DNA of 64,000 bases from Terriglobia bacterium (GTDB lineage Bacteria; Acidobacteriota; Terriglobia; 20CM-2-55-15): positions 64,001 to 128,000 of the forward strand of contig CAXWPJ010000006.1 of assembly GCA_963664115.2 (NCBI GenBank). The letters run 5' to 3'. Both the position numbers and the translations under genes were made by a program. This document shows positions 36,071 to 44,527 of the stretch, piece after piece. Numbering within the stretch: the stretch's first letter is position 1; each line of letters starts with the position of its first letter. The notes below the pieces were generated by a model, which did not search any database, was not told where the DNA came from, and was given only the letters and a program-made list of their open reading frames with translations.

Positions 36071-38016
36071 GAACACGCCCGGAATCGAATGTCACCCCTG
36101 ATGGGGTCGATGGACTCTATTTTTACGGTAATTGAATCGCCCAATTGCCAGCGAGTCCCATCGGATACTTTGCCTCGGATGAGGTAGTCGGTCAGTTCCA
36201 CGGTTCCTTTTCCGTCTATGACTAAAGCCTCGATGGGTTCATCCATTTTGTCCTGTGAAAGATGAGTCAGAATCCAATACATCGTCGATGTCTGTTCCAA
36301 CCTGCGCATATCCAGTTCTGCTGCTTCCGCAGACGTAATGATAACGAGCAGTTCGTCTCTGTCATATGGAAATGGCGTTCCTTCGATTGCTGCGACAAAC
36401 TGTCTCTGAGTGACAAGGTCGGCGTATCTTCGGATTGGAGAAGACACCTGAGCGTAGGCTCCCAGGCCAAGGCCGGAATGAGGACCCGGCGACAAGGACA
36501 ATCGGGAGCGTTTGAAGCTTCTTCGCAACAACTCGAATTGAATCGCTTCGGGAAATCCTTCGATGTCTGGCGGGGGAGAGTCGGGTGCTTCCTGCGTGCG
36601 AAAGATTATCGGCACACCCGTCGTTGCTGCACTGTCTGCAGCAAGGCTGTTAGCGAGTATCATCATTTCACTCACAATAAGCCGGGCCGGGGTGTCCACT
36701 TCGATGCGTTGCACGCTGATGTCTCCGTCATCGACCCGTATCTTGATTTCAGGACGGCGATGCGTTTGTGCTCCCTGGTCGGAGCGTTGTTCCTGAAGAT
36801 GAAGGGCGATCTGGTGGAGACGTACGAGAGACGTATCTCTTTCTTCCAGCAATCGGTCAGCAGATTCATAGGACAGTCGATCCGTCACCGTAACCGTTGT
36901 TCGAAACACACGGGAATCGACAAGCTCGTTATCGCGATTGAAACGGACCTCGACGCTGAAGGCCGGCCGGCGTTCTCCTTTGACGAGACTGGCAAGATCG
37001 GTCGACAGACGTGGGGGAAACATGGTGACTGATACATTAGGCAGATACAGGGTGGTAGACCTTTTGAATGCTTCCCGGTCGAGCGCGTCCCCTTTGTTTA
37101 CGAATGCGCTGACGTCCGCAATGTGAATTCCGACTGTCAGATTTCCGGCGTCTTCGGTAACGGTCAACGCGTCGTCCACTTCTACGGTTGCATCGTCGTC
37201 AATTGCCAACGTGAGCCGACCGCTCCAGTCTTCCCGCCTCCCACCCACCGTACTCGGATCCAATTTCTGCGAAGCTTCGACGACTTCGGCGGGAAACGAT
37301 GTGGATACTCCATGAATGATGAGGAAGCGATCTTCCCAAGCCTCGATGCGTCCCGACTGAACTAGTAAATCGTAGGCGATGTCTTTGGCCCGCGATTCAC
37401 CGGCAAGCTGTTCGAGGACACTTCCGACTTCGTCGCGCTCCTGCCGGCGGAGCCATATTTCGAGCCGTTCGGATATGGAATTCCAGTCGTGGGTGTCGGG
37501 TGGAGCGCCTTCCTGAATAGCGCGATTCAGAATGTTGCCGACGTGCTTTCGAAAATCCTCCTTTTCCTGTTCGCGCGCGATCCGGAGCCGCTGAGAATCA
37601 ACCTGTAGCCTGGCCCGGGGTTGGAAGCGGGTACCGTTACGTTTAAAAAACAACCCTCCGTCGGCAAGCCCACGAAAAATTGCGGATTGAGATTCAGGAG
37701 AGGGAGCACCGAAATAGGATTCGGCGAGCTCCGCCGGTTCGAATTCCCTCGATTCTGTCTGGACGGATTCCCACAGGAGTTCGACGTCAACGTCCCTACA
37801 AAGCGAATCGATGCGTTCCTGAATTGATGCTGCGGTCTCTTTAAACTCCGCTTCGGGAACGGCTGCGTGTACAACCACAATCCGAGACACGGGCACAGAG
37901 GACTCGCGGCCTCTTTGGTCGATGACGTGGATTTTTCTCTGTTCCCGCCGCCGGACATATCCAAGACGGAGCGCGCCCGATTCGAGAAACTCTATGATGT
38001 GCCCGTCCAACTCCAT
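36067..38016 (-). CDS. RNB-domain exoribonuclease (RNase II/R family)
   Basis: AIDDDATVEVDDAL, IHIADVS, VSEMMILAN, HSGLGL…SSPIRRYADL. Confidence 0.93.
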   Translation of the reverse strand: MELDGHIIEFLESGALRLGYVRRREQRKIHVIDQRGRESSVPVSRIVVVHAAVPEAEFKETAASIQERIDSLCRDVDVELLWESVQTESREFEPAELAESYFGAPSPESQSAIFRGLADGGLFFKRNGTRFQPRARLQVDSQRLRIAREQEKEDFRKHVGNILNRAIQEGAPPDTHDWNSISERLEIWLRRQERDEVGSVLEQLAGESRAKDIAYDLLVQSGRIEAWEDRFLIIHGVSTSFPAEVVEASQKLDPSTVGGRREDWSGRLTLAIDDDATVEVDDALTVTEDAGNLTVGIHIADVSAFVNKGDALDREAFKRSTTLYLPNVSVTMFPPRLSTDLASLVKGERRPAFSVEVRFNRDNELVDSRVFRTTVTVTDRLSYESADRLLEERDTSLVRLHQIALHLQEQRSDQGAQTHRRPEIKIRVDDGDISVQRIEVDTPARLIVSEMMILANSLAADSAATTGVPIIFRTQEAPDSPPPDIEGFPEAIQFELLRRSFKRSRLSLSPGPHSGLGLGAYAQVSSPIRRYADLVTQRQFVAAIEGTPFPYDRDELLVIITSAEAAELDMRRLEQTSTMYWILTHLSQDKMDEPIEALVIDGKGTVELTDYLIRGKVSDGTRWQLGDSITVKIESIDPIRGDIRFRACS

Positions 38017-38108
38017 GGATGCCTAGTATTTTACGCGACAGGCCGTTCCCTGGCGCAGAGGGTCCCTCACCCAGCCCGTTGCCGAAGCCTCGTGCTACAG
38101 TGGTCGAC

Positions 38109-39641
38109 ATGTCCGACGATGTTCTGGCTCCGCTGACCGGCCCGGGTATCCGCATACACGATAAGGCCGAACTCGAGGAGTTTCTCGCTCGTCCGAACGC
38201 GGTAGAGCTGGTTCAATCCTCTTCGTCTGAGCAGCTGTTTTTCACCATCAAAACCGTGGGCCTCGCCGATTCGCTCGCGTTGCTGGCACTGGTGACCGAG
38301 CGCCAGGTCTGTGGCTTTGTTGATTTGGATTGCTGGAGAAAAGACAGCTTTGTCCGAAAGCCCTTCATGGAGTGGATTGCGGCTTTCGTTCAGGTTGGCC
38401 CCGACGAGACAGTACGTGCTCTGTCGGGAATCGACGAAAATGTCATCGCGTTATTTCTGAAAGACTTGATTACGATCTATGAACTCGAGCGCGACGAGCC
38501 AGCCCCGGAAACAGAACTCGTTTTTACTCCAGACAATCGCTTTGCAATCCACCAGGACGAGACGGGCGAGTTGGCAACCATCTCTTCCCTCATTCTCGAC
38601 GCGCTGTTCCGTCACGCCCCGGATATGGGATATAGCCTTCTGCGACGGGTCCGTTACACGACACGCACCGTGCTCGAAGAGACTGCCTATCAGAACAAAG
38701 TACGACGTCTGGAGGTCGACGGTTTCGTCGATTACTACACAGCCCTGTCCATTTACGCCGGACCCCAACAGGGCGAAACGATGGCCCGCCCCAGATCTGA
38801 TGAAGACGACGATGAGGTTTGGGACGAGGACGATGCACCTCGGTTTCTTCCCACCGTCTTCGCCGATTCGATTTCCGAAGGTGGATATCTTTTGACCGCT
38901 CTCGGGGCGGTTCCAGCAAGCGTATCGGAGCGCCTGGCACAGGAGTTGACGGCGTTGGGGAACAGGATTCTGTCTGCAAATCTCGTCAATCTGGGGGAAG
39001 TCGAGAGTATACGCGGAGCCCTTAGTGAAATGCGGGAATATTTGACGATCGGTCTGGAATGTCTTTCCGATGGAGAATCGGGCGCTGCGGCTGCCGTGCT
39101 GACTGCGAATCATATTCAAAACGTTTTCAAAACTGGTTTCGATCAATTGGCGGGTTTGAGAGCCGTCGCGGAGCAACTTTCCAGGTTCCCTTCATTTAAG
39201 GCCGAATTGCTCGAAAGCCCTGATCAGGAATTCTACAATGGGCTGCTTCGGTTCAAGCCGCTCTTATGGGAAGACGGGCAGTATCGTAACTTTCAGAACG
39301 TGGCGGATGTGCGAAATGGGCGGAAGCGCATGGACGACATCCGGGTCGTATCGGAGGGTTTCCTGAGAATGTTCGCGGTGAGCGAAACGACACTTCGGAA
39401 GACGTTTAACACAGCCGTCATATGTCTGGCGACGTCTGGAGAGTTCGCCCCGCGTGCTATAGAAGCCAAAGTCCTGGAGCGGTTTGTGTCTGAGGGTTTG
39501 GTTTTCCCCAAATTGGATATGCCGGAAGAGCTTCAGGAGATTGCCGGGAAATGGCTCGATACGCTGCGAGAGGAACTCGAACCTTTAAGGGGTACGGTGA
39601 TCGATCCGCGTTTCGTCGACTCTGTGTTGATGCGTTTGTAG
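38109..39641 (+). CDS. Conserved hypothetical protein (DUF6178-like)
   Basis: LFFTIKTVGLADS…FVDLDCW…LEETAY…RRLEVDGF…ALSIY; start chosen at 38109 because 38019 abuts the divergent RNB start. Confidence 0.75.
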   Translation: MSDDVLAPLTGPGIRIHDKAELEEFLARPNAVELVQSSSSEQLFFTIKTVGLADSLALLALVTERQVCGFVDLDCWRKDSFVRKPFMEWIAAFVQVGPDETVRALSGIDENVIALFLKDLITIYELERDEPAPETELVFTPDNRFAIHQDETGELATISSLILDALFRHAPDMGYSLLRRVRYTTRTVLEETAYQNKVRRLEVDGFVDYYTALSIYAGPQQGETMARPRSDEDDDEVWDEDDAPRFLPTVFADSISEGGYLLTALGAVPASVSERLAQELTALGNRILSANLVNLGEVESIRGALSEMREYLTIGLECLSDGESGAAAAVLTANHIQNVFKTGFDQLAGLRAVAEQLSRFPSFKAELLESPDQEFYNGLLRFKPLLWEDGQYRNFQNVADVRNGRKRMDDIRVVSEGFLRMFAVSETTLRKTFNTAVICLATSGEFAPRAIEAKVLERFVSEGLVFPKLDMPEELQEIAGKWLDTLREELEPLRGTVIDPRFVDSVLMRL

Positions 39642-39672
39642 CACTCTCTAACAATTCTAATCCGTCTAGCTG

Positions 39673-40416
39673 ATGACAGGACGAACCATTATTCTAGCGG
39701 GCGGCTCCGGTGGACTCGGAGCTGTGCTGGCGGATTTCCTGGCCCAGCGTGGCGCCCGACCCATCCTGGGTTGTTTCCGGAACGTCGATCGTGCTCGTGA
39801 GATTGCCTCAGACATCGAATCGCGACACGGAGTGTTTGTCCCCGTGGTTGCAGGTGATGTGTTACAGGAGGAAACTCGGGTCCGGCTCATGGACGAGGCG
39901 TCTTCCCTGGGTCCGCTGTATGGAATGGTTCCCTTAGTCGGCGAGCCCGCTCGAGTGCCGATCGAGGAGGCCACCGAAGAGGATCTTCTGGCCGCGACGC
40001 GAATCAACTTCGTGGCACCGGTTCTGCTGGCGCGTGATTTCACCGCCAGGATCGGAAGAGGCGATGCCAGTATTGTTTTTGTGTCCACGATGCAAGCCGT
40101 CGGGATCTTTCCGGGCAGTACGACTTATGCGGCGCCCAAAGCGGCCCTCATCCATGCGGCGCGCATCCTGGCGCATCAGTGGGGCGGGTCTCACGGTGTT
40201 CGCGTTAACGTTGTTGCCCCCGGCGTCACAACCTCCGGTATGGCCGAAAAGAGTGTTGCCAGCGGGAAGTACAACCCTTTTATCGAACGCGGAGTCATAG
40301 CACGATTCGGGGCTCCGCTGGATGTTGCCCGCGCGATCGGTCTGTTCCTTGAACCGGACAACTATGTGACCGGTCAGGTGTTGACCGTGGATGGCGGTCT
40401 GACGGCGCGCAAATAA
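39673..40416 (+). CDS. SDR family oxidoreductase
   Basis: AGGSGGLG, YAAPK (YxxxK), VRVNVVAPG, YVTGQVLTVDGG. Confidence 0.92.
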   Translation: MTGRTIILAGGSGGLGAVLADFLAQRGARPILGCFRNVDRAREIASDIESRHGVFVPVVAGDVLQEETRVRLMDEASSLGPLYGMVPLVGEPARVPIEEATEEDLLAATRINFVAPVLLARDFTARIGRGDASIVFVSTMQAVGIFPGSTTYAAPKAALIHAARILAHQWGGSHGVRVNVVAPGVTTSGMAEKSVASGKYNPFIERGVIARFGAPLDVARAIGLFLEPDNYVTGQVLTVDGGLTARK

Positions 40417-40492
40417 TTCCCTGAGCCCGGTCCATTCCGGACAAACACCCTGACTCGACCCGATCTGACCACTGCCCTCGCTACCATTGGGC

Positions 40493-41137
40493 GTGGCCAG
40501 TTTCAGCACCTTGATCGTCGACATTGAGACGGTCGGACAAGATAAGGAAGCGATCCCGGAACGTGCCCTGAAGATTCTTCTCGGTAGCCCCGGTACTGAC
40601 GGTACTGATGACGGCGAGGCGCAAGCGGAGATCGTAGACCGTTTCGGACTGGACCCATGTACGGGCCGGATTGTCTGCATCGGTGTCTACTGGCTCGAGG
40701 TCGATCGCTCGCGTGTGTATTGTCAGAGTGATGAACGCGAACTGCTCGCGAATTTCTGGGCCGACGTGGCCCAGATTCGCCCCACACGGTTTGTTACCTT
40801 CAACGGAAAGTCCTTCGATTTTCCGTACATCAACATTCGAAGCGCCATTCTGGGTGTAATGGCCCCGAGAGAGGCCTTATTAGACACCCGACGTTTTTCT
40901 ACGGACCGCCACTTCGATGTGCGCGAAACGCTGACCAACTACGATCGCTACAAAAAAGGAACTCTGGAATACTTTTGCGAAATATTCGGAGTGCCTTCTC
41001 CGAAGAACGGTATAGACGGAAGCAAAGTCGGTGCGTACTTCAAGGAAGGAAGAATCGACGAGATTGCCGAATACTGTCTCGCCGATTGCAAAGCGACCGC
41101 CAAACTCTATCAGCGAATCCGCCACTACTACCGATGA
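40493..41137 (+). CDS. Stand-alone PolB-like DEDD 3'-5' exonuclease
   Basis: DIET, TFNGKSFDFPY, EYCLADC. Confidence 0.88.
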   Translation: MASFSTLIVDIETVGQDKEAIPERALKILLGSPGTDGTDDGEAQAEIVDRFGLDPCTGRIVCIGVYWLEVDRSRVYCQSDERELLANFWADVAQIRPTRFVTFNGKSFDFPYINIRSAILGVMAPREALLDTRRFSTDRHFDVRETLTNYDRYKKGTLEYFCEIFGVPSPKNGIDGSKVGAYFKEGRIDEIAEYCLADCKATAKLYQRIRHYYR

Positions 41138-41294
41138 CGGGAGCCAATTATTTAATCGTCGATAGCTGCGAGAGCGGAGTACGGACGTGAAACCCATAGC
41201 TGTCAATTCATAAAGTCTTGCACGGGCCTGTCACGCGACACGCTTCTCACTTCCCGGCTTGACAGCGGACCGGCACCACCCGTAGAAAGGATGC

Positions 41295-42470
41295 ATGACT
41301 TCCGCCCCTGGCCAATATGCCTTGCTGTTTGTTTGTTGGATATCAGCGCTCGTCACCCTCGCCATTTTTCTCGAGAGTTGGTTCGCTCTCACCCGCCGGC
41401 CCCGCCTGGCCACTCTTCGCTCGACCGATGCACATGGAGTCCTTTCGGTCCTCGTACCCCTTGGCCCCAAGGTGGCCTCTGCCCTTCGCTGTCTGGGATC
41501 GATTCTCGACCAGTCCTACCCGTTTATAGAGTTGCTCATCATTTACGACGAGAAAGACTCCAGCCTTGCAGGTCTGGCGCGTGAGTTCGCCGGACTCCGT
41601 TCGCAAGTTCCCGTTCGACTGATCCCGGTAGGTTTCTCGATCGACGACGAGACAACCCGGATCCGTGCGCTGGATCAGGCCCAGTCGAGTGTGCGGGGAT
41701 CCTGGATTCTTGTGGTGGATTCGGACGTGACTCTGGATCCCTGCGCTGTGGAATCGGTCCTGGAGTTTTCAGGAAGCGAAGACATTATGGCCTTGGCGCT
41801 ATCTCCCGGTATCGAGTGCCGATCTCTCGGGCAGAAACTCCTCGCGCCGTCTCTGGAATGGTTCGTTCGAATGATCGCGGTTGTAGACAGGGGCCGGGAA
41901 AAATCAACCCGCCTGAGTCTTTCCGCTCCCTTCTTGCTGCTTCACGGCCATACGCATGCCTTGATCAACAAAATGAACAAGTTGCCTGGTATTTTGAACG
42001 AGTCCGGCTGGACTCTCTGGAGCTATAGGATCGAGGGGCTGAAGACATTTCAAGGGGACGGTTCAGGTTGGATCGCTCGCGAGGCGACGATCCGGGCGAT
42101 AATGTCGAGTCTCAATACGGGCCCGTTAAGCGTCGGACGAGTGCTTGCATTCGTTTTGGGCAGCGCGGTCATCTCTATTGTTTCTGTGATTGGAATTCTA
42201 TTCGGGACCTTCGCAGGGCAGGGAGGCTTTGCCAGCATGGGAATCCTGTACTTTTCCGCTTTCAGCTACAGTCTCATGGCGACCTCTTATTTTTGCTACT
42301 CTCGCCGCCTGGGTGCGGCCGCCTGGTTTGCACCGTTCTGGTTTTTCTCTCACGCAATGGCGCTTCTGCTGACGTTATTCGAGTTGCAACGTTCCGTGCC
42401 CGACTTGCCGGGCGTTACGCCAGCAAGACATCACAAGCCGGACACTCAAATTTTCTCAGAACGAAAGTAA
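41295..42470 (+). CDS. Membrane glycosyltransferase family 2-like protein
   Basis: CLGSILDQSYP…IIYD, WILVVDSD (DxD); N- and C-terminal TM helices. Confidence 0.78.
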   Translation: MTSAPGQYALLFVCWISALVTLAIFLESWFALTRRPRLATLRSTDAHGVLSVLVPLGPKVASALRCLGSILDQSYPFIELLIIYDEKDSSLAGLAREFAGLRSQVPVRLIPVGFSIDDETTRIRALDQAQSSVRGSWILVVDSDVTLDPCAVESVLEFSGSEDIMALALSPGIECRSLGQKLLAPSLEWFVRMIAVVDRGREKSTRLSLSAPFLLLHGHTHALINKMNKLPGILNESGWTLWSYRIEGLKTFQGDGSGWIAREATIRAIMSSLNTGPLSVGRVLAFVLGSAVISIVSVIGILFGTFAGQGGFASMGILYFSAFSYSLMATSYFCYSRRLGAAAWFAPFWFFSHAMALLLTLFELQRSVPDLPGVTPARHHKPDTQIFSERK

Positions 42471-42480
42471 TTTTCGTCGG

Positions 42481-42753
42481 TCATCGATTCCGTCTCATCC
42501 TTTGCGCAGTCCGACGCGGAACTTTGGCGTTCTGCATCTGTTTGAGGTTGTAGACGGTGAAGAAAGCGGTGGCTGCCGCCAGCAGTGCAGATATGACGAT
42601 GGCTGGAGTGCTGCCGAGTTGAATCGATCGAATGATCTGGATCGAGGCGATGACAAACAGGATAAACGCCGCCACCACCATGATGAAACGGTAGGCCACG
42701 GTTTCTCGGAAGGGAAGCACGGCCTCTTTCTTTTTGATCCGCTTGCGTCCCAT
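42481..42753 (-). CDS. Small two-TM membrane protein
   Basis: 90 aa, basic termini, two hydrophobic helices. Confidence 0.75.
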   Translation of the reverse strand: MGRKRIKKKEAVLPFRETVAYRFIMVVAAFILFVIASIQIIRSIQLGSTPAIVISALLAAATAFFTVYNLKQMQNAKVPRRTAQRMRRNR

Positions 42754-42775
42754 GGCGCGTATTATACGCGGATCG

Positions 42776-43093
42776 TCAGAGAGTGCCCTCCAGCATCGTC
42801 AAAGCTTCCGTTAATTCATCCCGCGTGTGACCGTCTCCGGCCTGCGTCGCGACCGCGATCCCTTTTTGATAGGTTGATACGGCTTCCTGGACGCAGCTCT
42901 CGCGTTCATATAACTTTCCGAGCTGGTAATAAGTGGCAACATAGGCGGGATCGTTCTGGACAACTGTTTCAAATTCCTTAATCCCGTCATCGTGCTGGCC
43001 AAGCTTCATGTGCTCCATTGCCAGCGCATAGCGGGAAAACGAATCGTTCGGGTCTTCTTTGAGGAAACCCTTTAGCGCGTCAATTCGTGACAT
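42776..43093 (-). CDS. Small TPR protein
   Basis: DPNDSFSRYALAME…DPAYVATYYQLGKL…YQKGI. Confidence 0.88.
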   Translation of the reverse strand: MSRIDALKGFLKEDPNDSFSRYALAMEHMKLGQHDDGIKEFETVVQNDPAYVATYYQLGKLYERESCVQEAVSTYQKGIAVATQAGDGHTRDELTEALTMLEGTL

Positions 43094-43116
43094 AGGTTAA
43101 TGTGGATCCCGGTTGA

Positions 43117-43446
43117 TCAAAGCTCCGCCCACTTGCCCTCGCCTTCCCACACCCGGACAGTGAACGCAAACGTGAACTTGTCGGCCAGCTTGGTTCGTAG
43201 AAGCTCGCATATGTTCTCAACGGAAGGGTACTCGATAAAGTCGTTCAGGGACGTGTGATCGTAGAGGCTCAATACGGCCCGCAGGTCTTGTTTCATCAGA
43301 TCGAAGTCGAGGAGCATGCCCCCCGGACCGGTCTCCCCTTCGATGATGATCTCGACCTTGTAAGTATGACCGTGAAGCTGCCCGCACTTGGGGTGCCCAG
43401 GCAGGAAATGAGCGCAGTCAATGTGATCTGTAATGCCGAGTTTCAT
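43117..43446 (-). CDS. queD: 6-carboxytetrahydropterin synthase / PTPS family
   Basis: AHFL…CGQLHGHTY, LLDF, DHTSLN, PSVEN, VWE. Confidence 0.92.
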   Translation of the reverse strand: MKLGITDHIDCAHFLPGHPKCGQLHGHTYKVEIIIEGETGPGGMLLDFDLMKQDLRAVLSLYDHTSLNDFIEYPSVENICELLRTKLADKFTFAFTVRVWEGEGKWAEL

Positions 43447-43672
43447 ACATTAAAATAGGATGGGGCCCACCGGCCCCTCTAAAAGCAAACAATTAAGAGT
43501 GCACTAACAGGGACGCTATGCCGTGATGTAAGGAACTAGGACGCCGGCCGGTCCCCCCATGCCGCTTGTTGTTCGATTATGCCTGAATTGGCGGGGGCCC
43601 ACCGGAGACTTTGAGCGTAGACCTTCAGTGCCCACCAACGGCAGACTTGTTGTGGCTCGCTTAGAATAGAGC

Positions 43673-43701
43673 AAAAAAAAATGCAGCCGAAGCTGCATTT
43701 T
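43673..43701. terminator. Bidirectional intrinsic terminator
   Basis: A9-TGCAGC-cgaa-GCTGCA-TTTT. Confidence 0.85.
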
Positions 43702-43711
43702 AAAGTGAAGA

Positions 43712-43743
43712 ACGAATCCCCCATCAGATGATGGGGGATTCGT
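43712..43743 (-). terminator. Hairpin immediately after peptide gene A
   Basis: 14-bp perfect stem ACGAATCCCCCATC-agat-GATGGGGGATTCGT. Confidence 0.8.
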
Positions 43744-43751
43744 GGAATGCT

Positions 43752-43898
43752 TTAGCGACCGCCGTGGCCGCCACCGCCGCCTTTGCCTTTACCACCGGGG
43801 AACGGCCAAACAAGTTCGCCGGGAGCAATGCGCTCTTCTAATTCTTCTACTTTGATTTCGAGTTCGAGTTCGAATCCTTCGATATTCTTCGGTTCCAT
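43752..43898 (-). CDS. 48-aa RiPP-precursor-like peptide A: MEPKNIEGFELELEIKVEELEERIAPGELVWPFPGGKGKGGGGGHGGR
   Basis: Translated by hand (below the ORF-track cutoff); AGGAGGACAACAGG-ATG RBS; downstream hairpins; paralog at 44259-44405. Confidence 0.88.
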   Translation of the reverse strand: MEPKNIEGFELELEIKVEELEERIAPGELVWPFPGGKGKGGGGGHGGR

Positions 43899-44026
43899 CC
43901 TGTTGTCCTCCTGACAGTAAGTATACTTATCGGAGCGTTCGTCCTAAGATTCACGCTCTAACAGAACCCCTCCGAAAAGGAGTCCGACGCTTGATTGCCC
44001 GTCATGGGAGCCCTGCGCTGAGCGGA

Positions 44027-44067
44027 AGCATATCATGGTCGACACGAGTGAGTACAAGCAAAAAAAT
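44027..44067 (-). promoter_or_regulatory. Candidate sigma70 promoter for peptide A
   Basis: Extended -10 TGaTATGCT (44035-44027), TTGTAC at 44057-44052 (19-bp spacer), adjacent A/T tract. Confidence 0.45.
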
Positions 44068-44208
44068 ACCTAAAACATCCGCCTAATCTAATATAAATAA
44101 AGTAATTATAGTTATTAATGTTATGAGGCGTTGAGATGTCTGAATTAGCTGTATTTGCTTGGAAAATCAAGGTCGGAGCCTAGGGAAAAGGCCTGTTTGG
44201 TCTGCACT

Positions 44209-44243
44209 AAAAAAAGCCCCCGCCAGACTGACGGGGGCTTTTT
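44209..44243 (-). terminator. Intrinsic terminator after peptide gene B
   Basis: AAAAAAAGCCCCCG-ccagactga-CGGGGGCTTTTT; T7 tail on the minus strand. Confidence 0.9.
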
Positions 44244-44258
44244 CTTAATTTGCGACGC

Positions 44259-44405
44259 TTAGTGACCGCCGTGGCCTCCACCGCCTTTGCCTTTCCCGCC
44301 GGGGAAGGGCCAAACGAGTTCGCCGGGGGCAATCTTCTCTTCCAGCTCTTCTATCTCAAGTTCGAGGTCGAGTTCAATTCCTTTGATTGTGTCCTTAGGT
44401 TCCAT
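44259..44405 (-). CDS. 48-aa RiPP-precursor-like peptide B: MEPKDTIKGIELDLELEIEELEEKIAPGELVWPFPGGKGKGGGGHGGH
   Basis: Translated by hand; AGGAGGACGAAACAGG-ATG RBS; own terminator; paralog of 43752-43898. Confidence 0.88.
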   Translation of the reverse strand: MEPKDTIKGIELDLELEIEELEEKIAPGELVWPFPGGKGKGGGGHGGH

Positions 44406-44527
44406 CCTGTTTCGTCCTCCTAATAAGAGTTATTCCCAATACGGGCACTGTTATGTTTCGGAGACACGATGCTTGTAAAGACTTTTCTGCAAAGCTCTTC
44501 TGTAGGGAGCTGGCCATTCGCCCCTCT

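Noticed and set aside
43447-43700. preQ1 riboswitch for queD, 6S RNA or tmRNA
   Set aside because: The stem plus A-rich tail is on the wrong strand for queD; there is no 5'/3' closing stem for 6S; there is no tRNA-like TTCGA/CCA end or tag frame.
43752-44405. Peptides as lasso, lanthipeptide or daptide precursors, or as Pup/UBact modifiers
   Set aside because: No Asp/Glu at core positions 7-9 and no Thr at -2; no Cys/Ser/Thr in the core; C-termini are GGR and GGH rather than GGE/GGQ; no ligase or proteasome genes in the window.
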